DNA of 46,795 bases from a virus. Its lineage: Duplodnaviria > Heunggongvirae > Uroviricota > Caudoviricetes. Position 1 is the stretch's first letter. Each line of letters begins with the position of its first letter. The position numbers and the translations under genes are program-made. The stretch is taken from positions 1 to 46,795 of IMG/VR virus record IMGVR_UViG_2740892118_000012, one strand, 5' to 3'. The notes under the pieces are model-generated. The model saw only the letters and a program-made list of their open reading frames with translations. It searched no databases and was not told where the DNA came from. Below are positions 19,571 through 31,294 of this stretch, piece after piece.

Positions 19571-20866
19571 TCACGCAGTCTGGTTAGGCAGACCAACACC
19601 AATTGCCTCTGGTCGTACAGCACATGCTGAATACCACACAGCAATACGGCACTTACCAGACAGAGTGTTGATATCACCCTGCGTTGCGAAGATGCCGTTA
19701 ACACCAATACCTGGAATGCTGAAGGAAGAAGTTTTCATGCCAGCAAACAGTTCATGGGTTACCGGAATCGGCTGAGACAGCAGGCGGATTGAGTCATCAG
19801 CCCAGAACACGTTAGCGGTGGTTGTTGCCACGTTCAGAACGTTTACCGGAGTGGTATTAGCAAGAGAGGTGTTTACGTTAGCGTAAGCCTTCTCTTCTTT
19901 TGTCAGTGACGCGTCATCCAGCGCAATCGGCTTCGGCGTGATTTCGATGTGAGTACTATCGATCACTCGGGTGATTGAGAAAGTCGCATCATCAGTCAGC
20001 ACGTTCTTCGCCATCTGAGACAGGAATTTCACACCAGTGAAGCTGATTTTGTCGCCGCGCTTAAATCCGGTGGTGGAGGATACGGTCACCGTTGCAACAC
20101 GGTTGTCGACGTTCTCCTTGTTACCATCGGTATCAAGGGTGTATGCCTGCGGCTTAAACTTCTGCGCTCCAGACACAGTTACACCAGTAGCGGTTGACTT
20201 GGTAACTGCCGGAAGTTTCGGTGAGCGAAGAATTTCATCAAAGCCAGCAATCTGACGCTGAATAGTACCGTTGCGATACGCTTCTTCAGGAACGCGACCG
20301 AAGATGTCACCATCTACCAGGTTGCGGCCTGCTTTGCGGTAATCGTCAGGATTCAGGAAGTAACTGATGCCCATATCGCGGTTTAGCTCACGGGAGAACA
20401 TCAGTCGCTCTGCATCAGACACAAAATCCCATCCAGACAGGCCAGTAGATGGACCAATTGCGCGGGTATCGTGAACAACAAGCGAGCCCATTTCAGTTGC
20501 CTGTTTGGCAATTGCTGACTCAATGTTATTCGCCAGTTTTTTGGCGGATGCCTGGATGCGGCGACGGTAAGAACGCTCATCACGCAGGTCATCTGCACGA
20601 AGCTCGAAGAAATCGTTATCCGGATCGCCCATGTTGCATTTCACGGAGAGTTCCAGAATCCCGGTTGCGTTGTCAGTTAAATCCCAGCCAGTCTGGGTTG
20701 GCGCTTCCTGCTCAACAGGCATCCACACGGTGTTGCTTGAACGCTGCATTGATTCTGCCGGAGGGGTGTATTTTGTCACTTTGGACGCCATTGGCGTCAG
20801 GTTCTGGACGGTTTCGATGATTTCATCCAGAGCATATGTGACCAGTTGACCTTCATTTAATGCCAT
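19571..20866 (-). CDS. Major capsid (coat) protein (P22 gp5-like)
   Basis: 431 aa (P22 coat 430 aa); N-terminus '[17 protein letters not shown]'; directly follows scaffold gene. Confidence 0.85.
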   Translation of the reverse strand: MALNEGQLVTYALDEIIETVQNLTPMASKVTKYTPPAESMQRSSNTVWMPVEQEAPTQTGWDLTDNATGILELSVKCNMGDPDNDFFELRADDLRDERSYRRRIQASAKKLANNIESAIAKQATEMGSLVVHDTRAIGPSTGLSGWDFVSDAERLMFSRELNRDMGISYFLNPDDYRKAGRNLVDGDIFGRVPEEAYRNGTIQRQIAGFDEILRSPKLPAVTKSTATGVTVSGAQKFKPQAYTLDTDGNKENVDNRVATVTVSSTTGFKRGDKISFTGVKFLSQMAKNVLTDDATFSITRVIDSTHIEITPKPIALDDASLTKEEKAYANVNTSLANTTPVNVLNVATTTANVFWADDSIRLLSQPIPVTHELFAGMKTSSFSIPGIGVNGIFATQGDINTLSGKCRIAVWYSACAVRPEAIGVGLPNQTA

Positions 20867-21777
20867 TATCGAATTCCTTTATTCAGTTGCGCCTTAAGCT
20901 TGCGGTACGTCTCTACATCCCCTTTGTTTGCTGCCGCTTCCATCTGCTTTTCAATCGCAGAGATATTTGCAGCAACAGCGTGTCCCTGAATGGGTTCATC
21001 AGGTAACGGGGCTTCTGAAACAGGCTTTGCTCGAGGCTTGAGAGTTAAACGTTCTGACAGTCGAGTGAGTTCAATCAGCGCGGATTGCCCGTCCATCGCC
21101 AGCAACTGGCGTGTTTTCTCAGGATTAGCACCAAGGTGATACATGAGAGCAGCGGATTTCTCCGGGAAGAGGCGCATGATGTCGGCACCGACTGCTGGCG
21201 GCACCAGTTGCATGAATGCATCCTCTTTCTCCTGATAGTCAGGGATATTGAGCTTTTCCGCTGCGTCGTAGTGCTTACGGGCTGCCTCGACGTATTGCGC
21301 TGATTGCTGGGTGAACTCCTGAGTTTTGCGACCCTGCTCGGCGACAGCCTGGCTTCGTGCGTCCATAGCCTTGATCTGCCATTCACTGTTTGCCTGCTGG
21401 AAGGCAGCCAGTGCGCGGCTCTGGTCATAGTCGTACTTAGCCAGTGCATCTTCGGAAAGATAATCGTTAGGGTCTGGTTGTTTTGGTAACTCAGGGTTCA
21501 CCCGCAGGTGCTCCGGCAACTCTCCACGCTTAACCGCTTCCATCTGCTGCTCAAGCTCACGCTGGCGTTTGCGTTCGATGCGGCGACGGGCAAATTCAGC
21601 ATTAGTTGCCGGGTCTTGTTTTGGTTTCTCATCGTCTTTCAGGACAATCTCAAAGCCTTCTTCCTGACCTGCACTGTCGTTGGCATTATCGACAACTAAG
21701 CCATCAGCAGATGCCGCTGCATGATTGCCGGGCAGGGTTAATTCTTCAGAAGCCTGAATGTCGGTGGTTTGGTCCAT
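20866..21777 (-). CDS. Scaffolding protein (P22 gp8-like)
   Basis: 303 aa (same as P22 gp8); acidic/helical composition; synteny portal-scaffold-coat. Confidence 0.8.
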   Translation of the reverse strand: MDQTTDIQASEELTLPGNHAAASADGLVVDNANDSAGQEEGFEIVLKDDEKPKQDPATNAEFARRRIERKRQRELEQQMEAVKRGELPEHLRVNPELPKQPDPNDYLSEDALAKYDYDQSRALAAFQQANSEWQIKAMDARSQAVAEQGRKTQEFTQQSAQYVEAARKHYDAAEKLNIPDYQEKEDAFMQLVPPAVGADIMRLFPEKSAALMYHLGANPEKTRQLLAMDGQSALIELTRLSERLTLKPRAKPVSEAPLPDEPIQGHAVAANISAIEKQMEAAANKGDVETYRKLKAQLNKGIR

Positions 21778-21790
21778 GGTTAACTCTCTC

Positions 21791-23956
21791 TTATTGAGGT
21801 GTCTCGGCTACTCCGCCGGAGGGGATTTGAACTTGACGCATAAGATTCGCGAAATCCATGCGTTGTGAATGAGTCTGGTCTGCATCTTTAAGAAGCAGCT
21901 CAGCGTTAGCACGAGCATCTTTGCTGCGCTGTTGCTGGAATTGACCTACGAGCTTGAGGTACTCACGCAGTTCTGCCTGCTTGTCGAGGTCCATATTGTT
22001 GAAGATTTCTGCAATCTTCGCGGCGTTGAGTTGGTTTTGGGCTTCAACCTTGGCGGCTTCAACCTGAATCTGCGCCTGTTGGTTCTCTGCCTTGAGCAAT
22101 TCAGCCTGACCTTGCAGAAGGATACCCTGCGCCTGAATTTGCTCTGCTGATGGCTGCTGCGGCTGCTGTTGAGCCTGCTGTACCATCTCCATCTCTTCAG
22201 GTGTTTCTGGTTTCTTCAGCCCCATCATCACCAGTTGCTTGTTCGCGTACTCTCGCATCATCTCGACGCCTTTACCGTCAAGCAGCGTGAAGTATTGCAG
22301 CATCAGCATCTGGAACTCTGGAGTACCTTGCGGAACCTTGGTGAGCAACTCCTGAATCTCTGCGCGGTTCTGTTCCTTCATACTCTGGAAGGATGGTCCA
22401 ACGTCTGTATAGCACTCATAGCGACCGCGAATGTCGTTGAGTGTGACCACATTGCCGGACTGGTAATCGACAACTTGCGCGTAGAGTTGAACGTCTTTCT
22501 CGCTACCATCTTCAAGTGTCAGCGTTACATGGCGAGGAACGTCATAAATATCGTTGACCATTGAGGCATAAATCTCGCCATCACGTCGCATTGCGGTAGC
22601 TAGGTTATCCTGAAACACGTATGTCTCAAGGTCTGCCCGCATGTTCAGTTGATTGACGGTATCGAAAGCGACCTGAGAGTTTGCTGCCTGCGCATCCACA
22701 CCAAGACTAGCCACCTCTTTCACTGCGTTGGTGGCAGCCTCAAGCATGTAAGCGTTGGCTTGCGGCACTTCAGGGTTTTCCATGTAGGAGATTGGGCCAA
22801 TCGGCAGGTCGTTACCGTTTTCATCGGTCTTGTTCTGCAGATAGTACGGATAGTCATCATTTCCACCGTACATGTATTCGTAGCCTTCGATTTGCTCAGG
22901 GAAGAAGGTCGGTTTCTTCTTCGGTGAACGAGCAACAATATCGGCGTTGAATGACATGATCATGTTACGAAGGCGCTGACCGTCTTTCGTCAGCCTTACC
23001 ACTCCTTCGTAGCACTCCTTGTCACCAGCGAATGACCATTCGCCATACACTGGAACGATTGGAATATGCTCTCCGGCTATCTTCTCGCGGTCTTTCAGTA
23101 TCTGCGTGCAGGTGATGATCGACTTATACACACGCCGACGCTTCACCTTGCGCTCTGCTACCTTAATGAATCCACGATTAGCCAGGTCGTCGATGACGTC
23201 TTTGATATCTTGCTGGTAATAGCTGACCGGCTCACCTGTCAGCGGGTCGCGGTAGATGAAGACCTTCTCTTTCTTCTCTTCGACCTCGTAATACTCAGCG
23301 ACGTAGACGACATCATTCGATACCCACGGAAACAGCCATGTATCGTTCGGATTCTGGAAAGATGGCAGCGTGTCAGGATCAATACCGTAATCCTCTGCGA
23401 ACTCTTTCCAGCCATTGCGTGACAAAGCGTTAATCACCGTGCAGTGCTTAGCGTCGCTCTTATCCATCTGCTTGCTGTTTGCGTCCCATATGACGTGTGA
23501 GCAGGCCTCATGGATTGGCAGGCGTCGGATTACCTGATTGTTGCTTGTTGGATCGTTGTCTTCGTACTGCGTGACCAGACGCCATGCACCAACGCCGGAC
23601 TCTATCTGCTCACGAACGCCAACGTTAACGGCAATTTTTGCCGTGTTATGGCGCATATCAGTACGATACATCCCCATCAGCACATCGGCAGCATCAGGAT
23701 TAGCACCGTCTTTTGGTCGGAAGAGAACGTCGATAGGGTTCCGGCGCATCTCTGCGACCAACTTCCTGACAACCGGGCGGACAACATCGAATTGTCCGCG
23801 ATACTGCAGGGTGGTGTAGTTTGATAGCCAGTCATCCCATTGCGACACTCGGCTAAAATACAGGTCATTTGTCGCCTCGGTTCTGGCTTCATCGCTCGCC
23901 ATCCAGTCTGCGTCAAACTTACACAGAATGGAATTGAGTCTGTTTTCGTCGGCCAT
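21791..23956 (-). CDS. Portal protein (P22 gp1-like)
   Basis: 721 aa; '[45 protein letters not shown]...' near-collinear with recalled P22 portal, including the Gln-rich C-terminal barrel region. Confidence 0.9.
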   Translation of the reverse strand: MADENRLNSILCKFDADWMASDEARTEATNDLYFSRVSQWDDWLSNYTTLQYRGQFDVVRPVVRKLVAEMRRNPIDVLFRPKDGANPDAADVLMGMYRTDMRHNTAKIAVNVGVREQIESGVGAWRLVTQYEDNDPTSNNQVIRRLPIHEACSHVIWDANSKQMDKSDAKHCTVINALSRNGWKEFAEDYGIDPDTLPSFQNPNDTWLFPWVSNDVVYVAEYYEVEEKKEKVFIYRDPLTGEPVSYYQQDIKDVIDDLANRGFIKVAERKVKRRRVYKSIITCTQILKDREKIAGEHIPIVPVYGEWSFAGDKECYEGVVRLTKDGQRLRNMIMSFNADIVARSPKKKPTFFPEQIEGYEYMYGGNDDYPYYLQNKTDENGNDLPIGPISYMENPEVPQANAYMLEAATNAVKEVASLGVDAQAANSQVAFDTVNQLNMRADLETYVFQDNLATAMRRDGEIYASMVNDIYDVPRHVTLTLEDGSEKDVQLYAQVVDYQSGNVVTLNDIRGRYECYTDVGPSFQSMKEQNRAEIQELLTKVPQGTPEFQMLMLQYFTLLDGKGVEMMREYANKQLVMMGLKKPETPEEMEMVQQAQQQPQQPSAEQIQAQGILLQGQAELLKAENQQAQIQVEAAKVEAQNQLNAAKIAEIFNNMDLDKQAELREYLKLVGQFQQQRSKDARANAELLLKDADQTHSQRMDFANLMRQVQIPSGGVAETPQ

Positions 23957-25456
23957 TTAAGTTCTCCGTGCGATGGGCCTGATTGGGGCTGGTATCTTTT
24001 TCTCTTTTGGTTTTTTGATGTCGCGCATCATTTTTGCGAAGCGGCGCATCATGTATGCATAGCGAACGGCGGATAGCACGTCGTCGTTAAGCTTGACGAT
24101 CTTCCCGTTTTCATCACGGTGATAGAGGCGGAACTCCTCAAAGAATGGCTCACAGGTGTTGAATACTTTGAAGCGACCATCGAGCATCATGTCTCGCAAT
24201 TCAGTGATGCCAGGCTCAACAGCATTACCGCCATCAGGCCATGTCGCATGCTCCTGCAACATCATAAATCCAGCGTCTGCATACTGCCCTTTGAGCTGCT
24301 CACCACCGCCCTTCTCATGCTGGTTTCCGTCATGAGGCCATGCGGTTGGCACTTTATGCGCCCATGATTTAACAGCTCCCCACGCCTGAACGGCTGTCTT
24401 TTCTTTCGCCTTCCACACGCGTGAAACGTAGATTGTGTCTGCGTCCTTATCCCACCAAAGCTGAACCTGCGCCTGCGGGTGATCCCATCCGAAATCCATC
24501 CCGCCAATTACGTAGAAGTGATCAGGGCACTCAAACGGCTGACACTTAATCGTCTCTTCCGGTATCTGGAAGATTCGCCCGCTACCCATCGTAGGAATAC
24601 CGCGAGCACGCGCCTCTCTCTCATGCTCAGGATAGGATGCGATGATTTGCTCTTTCTGCTCGTCGGTGTAGTGCTCAGCGTCATAGATGGTCATGTTGAC
24701 CACTTTCTGCGACTTGCTTGGATTCTTCAGGAACTTGGTAACAACGTCAGACATCCCCATCAGCGGGGTAAACGTCAGAATTGAGAATTGCCCGTATTTG
24801 TTGGTACGGGTAAGACCTTCGCCATAAATGCTGTATGGTGGCTCTTCGTCAAACCACACGCCGTGGATTGTGTCACCCTGCCAGCGAGCACGGCCTTGCG
24901 AGTATGGCTTGAAGTAGCAGATTGAAATGCCATCTTCAACGCCATCAGCCGTGTGATGCTTAACCAGAAGATGATCAACAAGGTTCGGAAAGAAAGGAGA
25001 CTTCTTCCAGCTAATGATGTCCTCTTTCGGTATTGAACCGTAGCCCGGTTCATCATTCTCTTCAATACGACCGCACAGGATGCGTTGAGTCGTTTTGGTT
25101 ACCGTCTCGTTTGTCTCGCCGCCAATCCAGAAGACAACAGGCTCATAGAAACGCTTACCTTTCCACTCACCGCCATATTTACCATCAGCAGGATAGCCTT
25201 TTGTGCCCGGATAACGCCCTGTAAGGTGAAACGCGACTTCAGCAGCACCAGTAAATGACTTACCAAGCTGGTTACCAGCCATAAAACATCGCTCTGGATA
25301 GTCATGCCCGGCGTCGATGAACTCACGCTGTTTGCTGTATGGCGTAAATTCATATAGCAGGTGTGTGTTACGGTAGTTCTCTTCTTCTTCGAGTAGCTCG
25401 AGCAATTCGATTTGCTCTTCGTCGCTCAGGTTATCAAGAATCGCGTCCAGTTCCAC
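23957..25456 (-). CDS. Terminase large subunit (P22 gp2-like)
   Basis: 499 aa; '[37 protein letters not shown]...' matches recalled P22 gp2 N-terminus. Confidence 0.9.
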   Translation of the reverse strand: MELDAILDNLSDEEQIELLELLEEEENYRNTHLLYEFTPYSKQREFIDAGHDYPERCFMAGNQLGKSFTGAAEVAFHLTGRYPGTKGYPADGKYGGEWKGKRFYEPVVFWIGGETNETVTKTTQRILCGRIEENDEPGYGSIPKEDIISWKKSPFFPNLVDHLLVKHHTADGVEDGISICYFKPYSQGRARWQGDTIHGVWFDEEPPYSIYGEGLTRTNKYGQFSILTFTPLMGMSDVVTKFLKNPSKSQKVVNMTIYDAEHYTDEQKEQIIASYPEHEREARARGIPTMGSGRIFQIPEETIKCQPFECPDHFYVIGGMDFGWDHPQAQVQLWWDKDADTIYVSRVWKAKEKTAVQAWGAVKSWAHKVPTAWPHDGNQHEKGGGEQLKGQYADAGFMMLQEHATWPDGGNAVEPGITELRDMMLDGRFKVFNTCEPFFEEFRLYHRDENGKIVKLNDDVLSAVRYAYMMRRFAKMMRDIKKPKEKKIPAPIRPIARRT

Positions 25457-25928
25457 GGTTGAATAGCTCCTTGATACGAGAGCGTCGCTTATCGCGATCT
25501 CCCTTATCAGGTGTCACGTCTTCAACTTGCGACTGCTCTTTGAGGCCCAAATCACGGGCGATGATGTTAGCGTTGAGAAGGTCAGCGGCTGCGCCAGAGA
25601 ATTTCTGGTCGTAGATGATGTCTTCCGCTCGTGATGTGACGTCAGAAAAACCTTCCATTGACCGGAAGGTCCCCCATGTTTGCCTGGTGATATCAAGGAA
25701 GGTACACAATCCTGAAATAGTCATGGCTCGCATCTTAGGGACATTAGCCTTAATTATTTCTCCCTGATATGAAAATACCTTACCCTCCCATAGCGGGTTA
25801 TCATCAGCCCACTCGAAGTATTCACAACAAGCAGCCCACAGCGCCTCAGGCGATTCGAATTTAGGGTTTCGCCCATGACTACTGCGGGCCTCCCAAAATC
25901 GGTTGCCCTTTGGTGCTGCCATATTCAT
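25434..25928 (-). CDS. Terminase small subunit (P22 gp3-like)
   Basis: '[38 protein letters not shown]...[24 protein letters not shown]' matches recalled P22 gp3; true start probably ATG at 25922. Confidence 0.9.
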   Translation of the reverse strand: MNMAAPKGNRFWEARSSHGRNPKFESPEALWAACCEYFEWADDNPLWEGKVFSYQGEIIKANVPKMRAMTISGLCTFLDITRQTWGTFRSMEGFSDVTSRAEDIIYDQKFSGAAADLLNANIIARDLGLKEQSQVEDVTPDKGDRDKRRSRIKELFNRGTGRDS

Positions 25929-25957
25929 CTCACTTAGTTGTTATTTCAGGTTGAGCA

Positions 25958-26200
25958 TCATGCTCCGGTAGTGAACAGGTCTAACGCTTCCTTAGATTTA
26001 CGCACCGCTTCGAATGTGCGGATCGTGATATCCGAATTAGCGCCGCCTGACTGGAAGTGAATTTTGAATAGCTCAAGCTTCAGTTCGTCAGTGCCAATGA
26101 ACTGAAATGCTTCCTCTGCGGCTGCGTTCTGGTTCATGACCAGTTTGTAAATCTCTAACTGGAATTTCTGTTCTTCAGTCATGGGAATAATCTCTGCCAT
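25958..26200 (-). CDS. Hypothetical phage protein (80 aa) upstream of terminase
   Basis: ORF in late operon orientation; no recognised motifs. Confidence 0.45.
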   Translation of the reverse strand: MAEIIPMTEEQKFQLEIYKLVMNQNAAAEEAFQFIGTDELKLELFKIHFQSGGANSDITIRTFEAVRKSKEALDLFTTGA

Positions 26201-26303
26201 TGTTGGCTCCGTTTATCCGTTAAAAGGGATATCAGTTAAGTTATCCCGTGTAGGGTATAAGCCATTATCAAAGCCACTCTGTAGGGAATGGCTTTTGTAA
26301 TAA

Positions 26304-26684
26304 CTACTGTTCGCTTAGCTTCTGCTTCAGCAAGTAACCTTCGAGCATCCAGATTTTGTTTACAGCATTTTGCCGGGCAATCTTCCGACCAATTTCTGCA
26401 TCAAAGTTTTCCGTGCTTGCACAGGCACTCTCTCCGGTGACGGTGAAGCCATTCTTCAGCACCAGTACGCAGAAAGTGAGCAACTTCAATGGTGATAAAT
26501 CACGATCGCCTTCTTCTGGTTTTTCCCTGCCACAATATTCGTTGCTGGAAATGGCACCATTACGTCCATCATAAGCAGTAAAGTAATGCTCGCTTTTAAT
26601 CACGTCTTCGATGTGCTGCGGAGTGATTCGCGGTGCCGTTTTGCCTTTCTCAACGATTTCTTTTTCGATTTGCTGGTCGTTCAT
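26304..26684 (-). CDS. Hypothetical phage protein (126 aa)
   Basis: ORF co-oriented between lysis and packaging genes; no recognised motifs. Confidence 0.5.
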   Translation of the reverse strand: MNDQQIEKEIVEKGKTAPRITPQHIEDVIKSEHYFTAYDGRNGAISSNEYCGREKPEEGDRDLSPLKLLTFCVLVLKNGFTVTGESACASTENFDAEIGRKIARQNAVNKIWMLEGYLLKQKLSEQ

Positions 26685-27062
26685 AATTATGACCCTGTGG
26701 AGTGGTTGCTTGATTAGGATGTCTTTCCATCAGTCCGCCACCACAAAGAATCTTTTTTGCCATCAGGCAGGAGGTTCATCTTTCAGTGGCTGCCAGTGTT
26801 ATTTCCCCACTTACTGGCTTGGGTTGTTTCGCGGTACTGCCGTAACTGGTTGCCCAGAATAAATTCCGGTTTCATTATCAAGCCCACCCGTAGATAGGCT
26901 TTGTAATGAACCGGCTCTTATCTCAACGCCGCCCCTTACCGCGCGCCATATGCTTAACTTCAAGCATCAGCAATGAGATGTTTAATCTGGATTCACTCCA
27001 GAAGTGATCACCACCCTGTCTACAGAGCCAGATGTGAAGGATGATGAGTAAAATTATCGCTA

Positions 27063-27500
27063 TCATCGAAGGCATTGCGTCCTGATGTACTCCTGCAAGT
27101 AGTTAACCTGCGCGGTTATCCTGTCGATTCCACTTCGGAGACGGTAATAATTGAGTTCAGCATCTGCTGTAAGTCTTGGGATTTCTCCATCGCCCATGCT
27201 GCTGGCTCCGGTCGTTGACTTTGCACAGGTGGCGGAGACTTGCAGGCGCTTACGACCAGCAGAAACATCAGCACGGAGACTTTCGATAGTCGCGTTAGCA
27301 TCAGCAAGCTCCTTTGTGTATCTGGCGTCGAGTTCTGCTACATCACGTTGACGCTTCTGCATGTCAGCGATTGTGGATGTGGCTTTATCTCGCTGCTCTT
27401 TGTAGGCGATGGCGTTATCACGGTAATGATTAACAGACCATAACAGGCAGACGATGATGCAGATAACCAGAGCGGAGATAATCGCGGTGACTCTGCTCAT
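27063..27500 (-). CDS. Rz: Spanin inner-membrane subunit Rz (i-spanin)
   Basis: 145 aa '[31 protein letters not shown]...' matches lambda Rz; overlaps endolysin stop. Confidence 0.9.
   Translation of the reverse strand: MSRVTAIISALVICIIVCLLWSVNHYRDNAIAYKEQRDKATSTIADMQKRQRDVAELDARYTKELADANATIESLRADVSAGRKRLQVSATCAKSTTGASSMGDGEIPRLTADAELNYYRLRSGIDRITAQVNYLQEYIRTQCLR
27116..27307 (-). CDS. Rz1: Spanin outer-membrane lipoprotein Rz1 (o-spanin), embedded in Rz in another frame
   Basis: 63-aa ORF within Rz; signal peptide plus lipobox '...LLVVSAC', proline-rich '[16 protein letters not shown]'. Confidence 0.8.
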   Translation of the reverse strand: MLMLTRLSKVSVLMFLLVVSACKSPPPVQSQRPEPAAWAMEKSQDLQQMLNSIITVSEVESTG

Positions 27501-27973
27501 ACCTCAATCTCTCTGACCGTTCCGCCCGCTTCTTTGAATTTTGCAATCAGGCTATCAGCCTTATGCTCGAACTGACCATAACCAGCGCCCGGAAGTGAAG
27601 CCCAGATATTGCTGCAACGGTCAATTGCCTGACGAATATCACCGCGATCAATCATCGGTAAAGCGCCACGTTCTTTAATCTGTTGCAGTGCCACAGCGTC
27701 CTGGCTTTTCGGAGAGAAGTCTTTCAGGCCAAGCTGCTTACAATAGGCATCCCACCAACGGGAAAGAAGCTGGTAACGCCCGGCGGCTGTTGATTTGAGT
27801 TTTGGGTTTAGCGTGACAAGTTTGCGAGGGTGATCGGAGTAATCAGTGAATAGCTCTCCGCCTACAATGACGTCATAACCATGATTTCTGGTTTTCTGTC
27901 GTCCGTTATCAGTTCCCTCTGACCACGCCAGCATATCGAGGAACGCCTTACGTTGATTATTGATTTCCACCAT
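27497..27973 (-). CDS. R: Endolysin R (lambda-type lytic transglycosylase)
   Basis: 158 aa '[51 protein letters not shown]...' essentially identical to recalled lambda R. Confidence 0.95.
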   Translation of the reverse strand: MVEINNQRKAFLDMLAWSEGTDNGRQKTRNHGYDVIVGGELFTDYSDHPRKLVTLNPKLKSTAAGRYQLLSRWWDAYCKQLGLKDFSPKSQDAVALQQIKERGALPMIDRGDIRQAIDRCSNIWASLPGAGYGQFEHKADSLIAKFKEAGGTVREIEV

Positions 27974-28280
27974 CTTCTACTCCGGCTTTTTTAGCAGCGA
28001 AGCGTTTGATAAGCGAACCAATCGAGTCAGTACCGATGTAGCCGATGAACACGCTCGTTATATAAGCGAGATTGCTACTTAGTCCGGCGAAGTCGAGAAG
28101 GTCACGAATGAACCAGGCGATAATGGCGCACATCGTTGCGTCGATTACTGTTTTTGTAAACGCACCGCCATTATATCTGCCGCGAAGGTACGCCATTGCA
28201 AACGCAAGGATTGCCCCGATGCCTTGTTCCTTTGCCGCGAGAATGGCGGCTAACAGGTCATGTTTTTCTGGCATCTTCAT
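27957..28280 (-). CDS. S: Holin S (lambda class I holin with dual-start MKMPEK)
   Basis: 107 aa '[67 protein letters not shown]...' matches lambda S. Confidence 0.95.
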   Translation of the reverse strand: MKMPEKHDLLAAILAAKEQGIGAILAFAMAYLRGRYNGGAFTKTVIDATMCAIIAWFIRDLLDFAGLSSNLAYITSVFIGYIGTDSIGSLIKRFAAKKAGVEDGGNQ

Positions 28281-28676
28281 GTCTTACCCCCAATAAGGGG
28301 ATTTGCTCTATTTAATTAGGAATAAGGTCGATTACTGATAGAACAAATCCAGGCTACTGTGTTTAGTAATCAGATTTGTTCGTGACCGATATGCACGGGC
28401 AAAGCGGCATGAGGTTGTTAGCGCAGCCTCTTGCCACCCGCTTTCACGAAGGTCATGTGTAGAAGGCCGCAGCGTAACTATCACTGATGAATTCAGGATA
28501 GCCAGTGGCTACGGCTCAGTTTGGGTTGTGCTGTTGCTGGGCGGCGATGACGCCTGTACGCATTTGGTGATCCGGTTCTGCTTCCGGCATTCGCTTAATT
28601 CAGCACAACGGAAAGAGCACTCGGTGCATTTAAGACAAGCTCCATAAGGGAGAATGCTCTTACCTGTTACACAGAT

Positions 28677-28735
28677 ATAAAAAATCCCGAAACCGTTATG
28701 CAGGCTCTAACTATTGCCTGCGAACTGTTTCGGGA
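28677..28735 (-). terminator. tR'-like rho-independent terminator (end of 6S late leader RNA)
   Basis: Minus strand reads ...ATCCCGAAAC-N30-GTTTCGGGATTTTTTATAT; matches recalled lambda tR' region. Confidence 0.7.
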
Positions 28736-28870
28736 TTGCATTTTACAGACCTCTCAGCCTGCGATGGTTGGAGTTCCAGACGATACGTCGAAGTGACCAA
28801 CTAGGCGGAATCGGTAGTAAGCGCCGCCTCTTTTCATCTCACTACCACAACGAGCGAATTAACCCATCGT
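28679..28870 (-). ncRNA. 6S-type late leader transcript from pR' to tR' (contains qut region)
   Basis: Bounded by the pR'-like promoter and tR' terminator; ends approximate (TSS inferred about 7 nt downstream of the -10). Confidence 0.5.
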
Positions 28871-28876
28871 TGGGTC

Positions 28877-28905
28877 AAATTTACCCAAGTTTATTCAAAA
28901 AGTCA
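28877..28905 (-). promoter_or_regulatory. Late promoter pR' (-35 TTGACT, 17-bp spacer, -10 TAAATT), Q-dependent antitermination region
   Basis: Minus strand reads ATATTGACTTTTTGAATAAACTTGGGTAAATTTGACC, nearly identical to recalled lambda pR'; lies between Q and S. Confidence 0.7.
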
Positions 28906-28948
28906 ATATCATGCCGTTAATATGTTGCCATCCGTGGCAATCATGCTG

Positions 28949-29572
28949 CTAACGTGTGACCGCATTCAAAATGTTGTCTGCGATTGACTCTTCCTTGTGG
29001 CATTGCACCACCAGAGCGTCATACAGCGGCTTAACAGTGCGTGACCAGGTGGGTTGGGTAAGGTTTGGGATTAGCATCGTTACAGCGCGATATGCGGCGC
29101 TTGCTGGCATCCTGGAATAGCCGACGCCTTTGCATCTTCCGCACTCTTTCTCAACAACTCTCCCCCACTGCTCTGTTTTTGCTATATCAACCGCACGACC
29201 TGTACCGTGGCAATCTCTGCATCTTGCGCCCGGCGTCGCGGCACTACGGCAATAATCCGCATAAGCGAATGTTGCGAGCACTTGCAGTACCTTTGCCTTA
29301 GTATTTCCTTCAAGCTTTGCCACACCACGGTATTTCCCCGATACCTTGTGTGCAAATTGCATCAGATAGTTGATAGCCTTTTGTTTGTCGTTCTGGCTGA
29401 GTTCGTGCTTACCGCAGAATGCAGCCATACCGAATCCGGCTTGTGATTGCGCCATCCCCATAGCAGCCATCACATCAGTACCGGAAAGAGAGTCAGAAGC
29501 CGTAGCCCGTGGTGAGTCGCTCATCATTGGGCTTTTTGGCGAATGAAATTTAGCTACGCTTTCGAGTCTCAT
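28949..29572 (-). CDS. Q: Late antiterminator Q (lambda type)
   Basis: 207 aa 'MRLESVAKFHSPKSPMMSDSPRATASDSLSGTDVMAAMGMAQSQAGFGMAAF...' matches recalled lambda Q. Confidence 0.95.
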   Translation of the reverse strand: MRLESVAKFHSPKSPMMSDSPRATASDSLSGTDVMAAMGMAQSQAGFGMAAFCGKHELSQNDKQKAINYLMQFAHKVSGKYRGVAKLEGNTKAKVLQVLATFAYADYCRSAATPGARCRDCHGTGRAVDIAKTEQWGRVVEKECGRCKGVGYSRMPASAAYRAVTMLIPNLTQPTWSRTVKPLYDALVVQCHKEESIADNILNAVTR

Positions 29573-29757
29573 CGTCTTCCCCTCTTGCCCTGTTTGACCA
29601 TCAGGACGCCGTTAACTATTGCGTGACGCTCGCCTTTGCTGTCTCGGTTGTACTTGAGCACTGTTCCTCTTGCGCAGGAAAGCATCCTTGCCACTTCGGT
29701 CTGATTGCCTCGTGTCTGGATAAGAAGCTCTGGTATCGTTTGAATTGTGGCGTTCAT
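29569..29757 (-). CDS. ninH: NinH-like protein
   Basis: 62 aa '...IPELLIQTRGNQTEVARMLSCARGTVLKY...HAIVNGVLMV' resembles lambda NinH; directly upstream of Q. Confidence 0.7.
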   Translation of the reverse strand: MNATIQTIPELLIQTRGNQTEVARMLSCARGTVLKYNRDSKGERHAIVNGVLMVKQGKRGRR

Positions 29758-30116
29758 GCGTTCTCCAGTTCGGTGATTTTTATTTCAAGCCGTCCGCCTG
29801 GTACTTTCACACCACGAATTACGCGAATGTCATCGAATTGCTCGTCGTCTTCCGCAAATCCGGCGTGGATAAGGGAATCGAGTAAACCTTTCAGGATGTT
29901 GTCGAGGTCGCGGCGGCGGGAGTCTGGAACGTCTGCGATGACTTTGATGCGGAGTCGTGATTTGGTGAAAATGTCTAACTTGAGTTGGCGGATGATTTGC
30001 TGAACGTCTTTTCGGTATTTCTGGCCTTTATCGCTGATGTAGTATTGGCTTCCCCGTCTTCGCCAGTAGGTGTTCACCGACGGCGGGTATGGAAGCACAA
30101 ACTGATATTCGTTCAT
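29754..30116 (-). CDS. rusA: RusA-family Holliday-junction resolvase
   Basis: 120 aa 'LPYPPSVNTYWRRRG...DVPDSRRRDLDNILKGLLDSL...GGRLEIKITELENA' matches the RusA family. Confidence 0.85.
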   Translation of the reverse strand: MNEYQFVLPYPPSVNTYWRRRGSQYYISDKGQKYRKDVQQIIRQLKLDIFTKSRLRIKVIADVPDSRRRDLDNILKGLLDSLIHAGFAEDDEQFDDIRVIRGVKVPGGRLEIKITELENA

Positions 30117-30403
30117 GACTTAATCTTCCCCTCCTTCAGCAGTATCGCCTGCGTCCTGATCACGCCTTCGAGGTGGTAAAGTCTGGCGTCTTTGTTGTCG
30201 AGATTATGGGTGCGTCGGTCGATTTCATCGTGACACGCGCTACAAGCCCATGCGCCGATCAGGTCGTCAGGCTTCATTCCCGTTCCGCAAATTCCAGCCA
30301 TCCGATAATGTGCCAGAACTGTAGTTTCAGGGTTGCCATTGCATACGCCGTAAATACGTACCTGGCATTCTCTGCCGCGTGCTTCTTTGCGTAGATTAGC
30401 CAT
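30113..30403 (-). CDS. ybcO: YbcO-like DUF1364 protein (putative nuclease) of lambdoid nin region
   Basis: 96 aa 'MANLRKEARGRECQVRIYGVCNGNPETTVLAHYRMAGICGTG...ACSACHDEIDRRTH' resembles DLP12 YbcO. Confidence 0.7.
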   Translation of the reverse strand: MANLRKEARGRECQVRIYGVCNGNPETTVLAHYRMAGICGTGMKPDDLIGAWACSACHDEIDRRTHNLDNKDARLYHLEGVIRTQAILLKEGKIKS

Positions 30404-31125
30404 TAAGCAGCCTCACCTGTTACTTTCAGCATTCCGTTATCGAGCAGCTTTCTGGTCAGCCACTGTTGACCACGCCCGGTGATTTTTGTGGTGAACGATA
30501 TCTGTATTCCGTGATTTGTGTTGACCGCTGTTTCTTTCACTGTGAAATAGCCGCGATCCATATATTCCTGCATTGGCACATTGCGCCGGGAACCTGAAGC
30601 AATAAGGATTTTGTGATCGCGCATCCACGCAAACAGTTTGTTTGGACCAATACCGACAACCTTTGCAAAGTTTCCAATCAAAATTCCGCTGGCCTCGCCA
30701 ACGCGATCGGCAAACTCAACTTTAGGTGCGGCAATTGCGAGCTGGTTTTCCAGTTGCATTTTCTGCTCAGCAAGATCAGCAGCAAGGCGCAACGCTTCTG
30801 GTAGCGTTTTGGGGATATTAACCGCAGCTTCTTCAAGCTCTCGCCAGCGGTCAACAAGGCGAGCGGTGAATTCCGGCGACAACTGGGCAACAACGACAAT
30901 ACTGTCTCGCTTACCTTGTTCGCCTTCGAAAACGTAATGCTCGTACTGAACATTGAACCCTAAGTTATTGATTCTTTCGGAAACCTCAATTTGAGGAAGC
31001 CGGATAACACCATTTTTAGCCAGCGTTTCGATGGTACGTTTCACATTGTCATGACGCTTACCAACCAACTCAGCGATTTCAATGCTTGTCATTTTGATGG
31101 CATTGCCATTTATTAACTCATTCAT
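30403..31125 (-). CDS. Rha/antirepressor-like phage regulatory protein (KilA-C/Ant-type)
   Basis: 240 aa; N-terminal 'MTSIEIAELVGKRHDNVKRTIETL' HTH plus C-terminal antirepressor-like region; ATG overlaps upstream stop. Confidence 0.55.
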   Translation of the reverse strand: MNELINGNAIKMTSIEIAELVGKRHDNVKRTIETLAKNGVIRLPQIEVSERINNLGFNVQYEHYVFEGEQGKRDSIVVVAQLSPEFTARLVDRWRELEEAAVNIPKTLPEALRLAADLAEQKMQLENQLAIAAPKVEFADRVGEASGILIGNFAKVVGIGPNKLFAWMRDHKILIASGSRRNVPMQEYMDRGYFTVKETAVNTNHGIQISFTTKITGRGQQWLTRKLLDNGMLKVTGEAA

Positions 31126-31294
31126 CGTCTTCTTCCTCGTGCATTGAGCTATTCGGATCGCTCATCAGTTCTGCGCAGCAGTGCTCACACATGTGAACTT
31201 CCAGCACATGCAGCTTCTGACCGCAGTTAGCGCACGTTAAAGCCCGCTCGACGCTTTCTTTCTGGTATTGAAGGGATTGGGATGGGCTAAGCAT
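31118..31294 (-). CDS. Small zinc-ribbon protein (NinF-like), 58 aa
   Basis: '[58 protein letters not shown]' with CxxC...CxxCC; below the ORF-track size cutoff. Confidence 0.45.
   Translation of the reverse strand: MLSPSQSLQYQKESVERALTCANCGQKLHVLEVHMCEHCCAELMSDPNSSMHEEEDDE

Noticed and set aside
26685-27062. lambda bor-like lipoprotein gene downstream of Rz
   Set aside because: No ORF in this interval resembles the recalled Bor sequence; only short unsupported ORFs are present.
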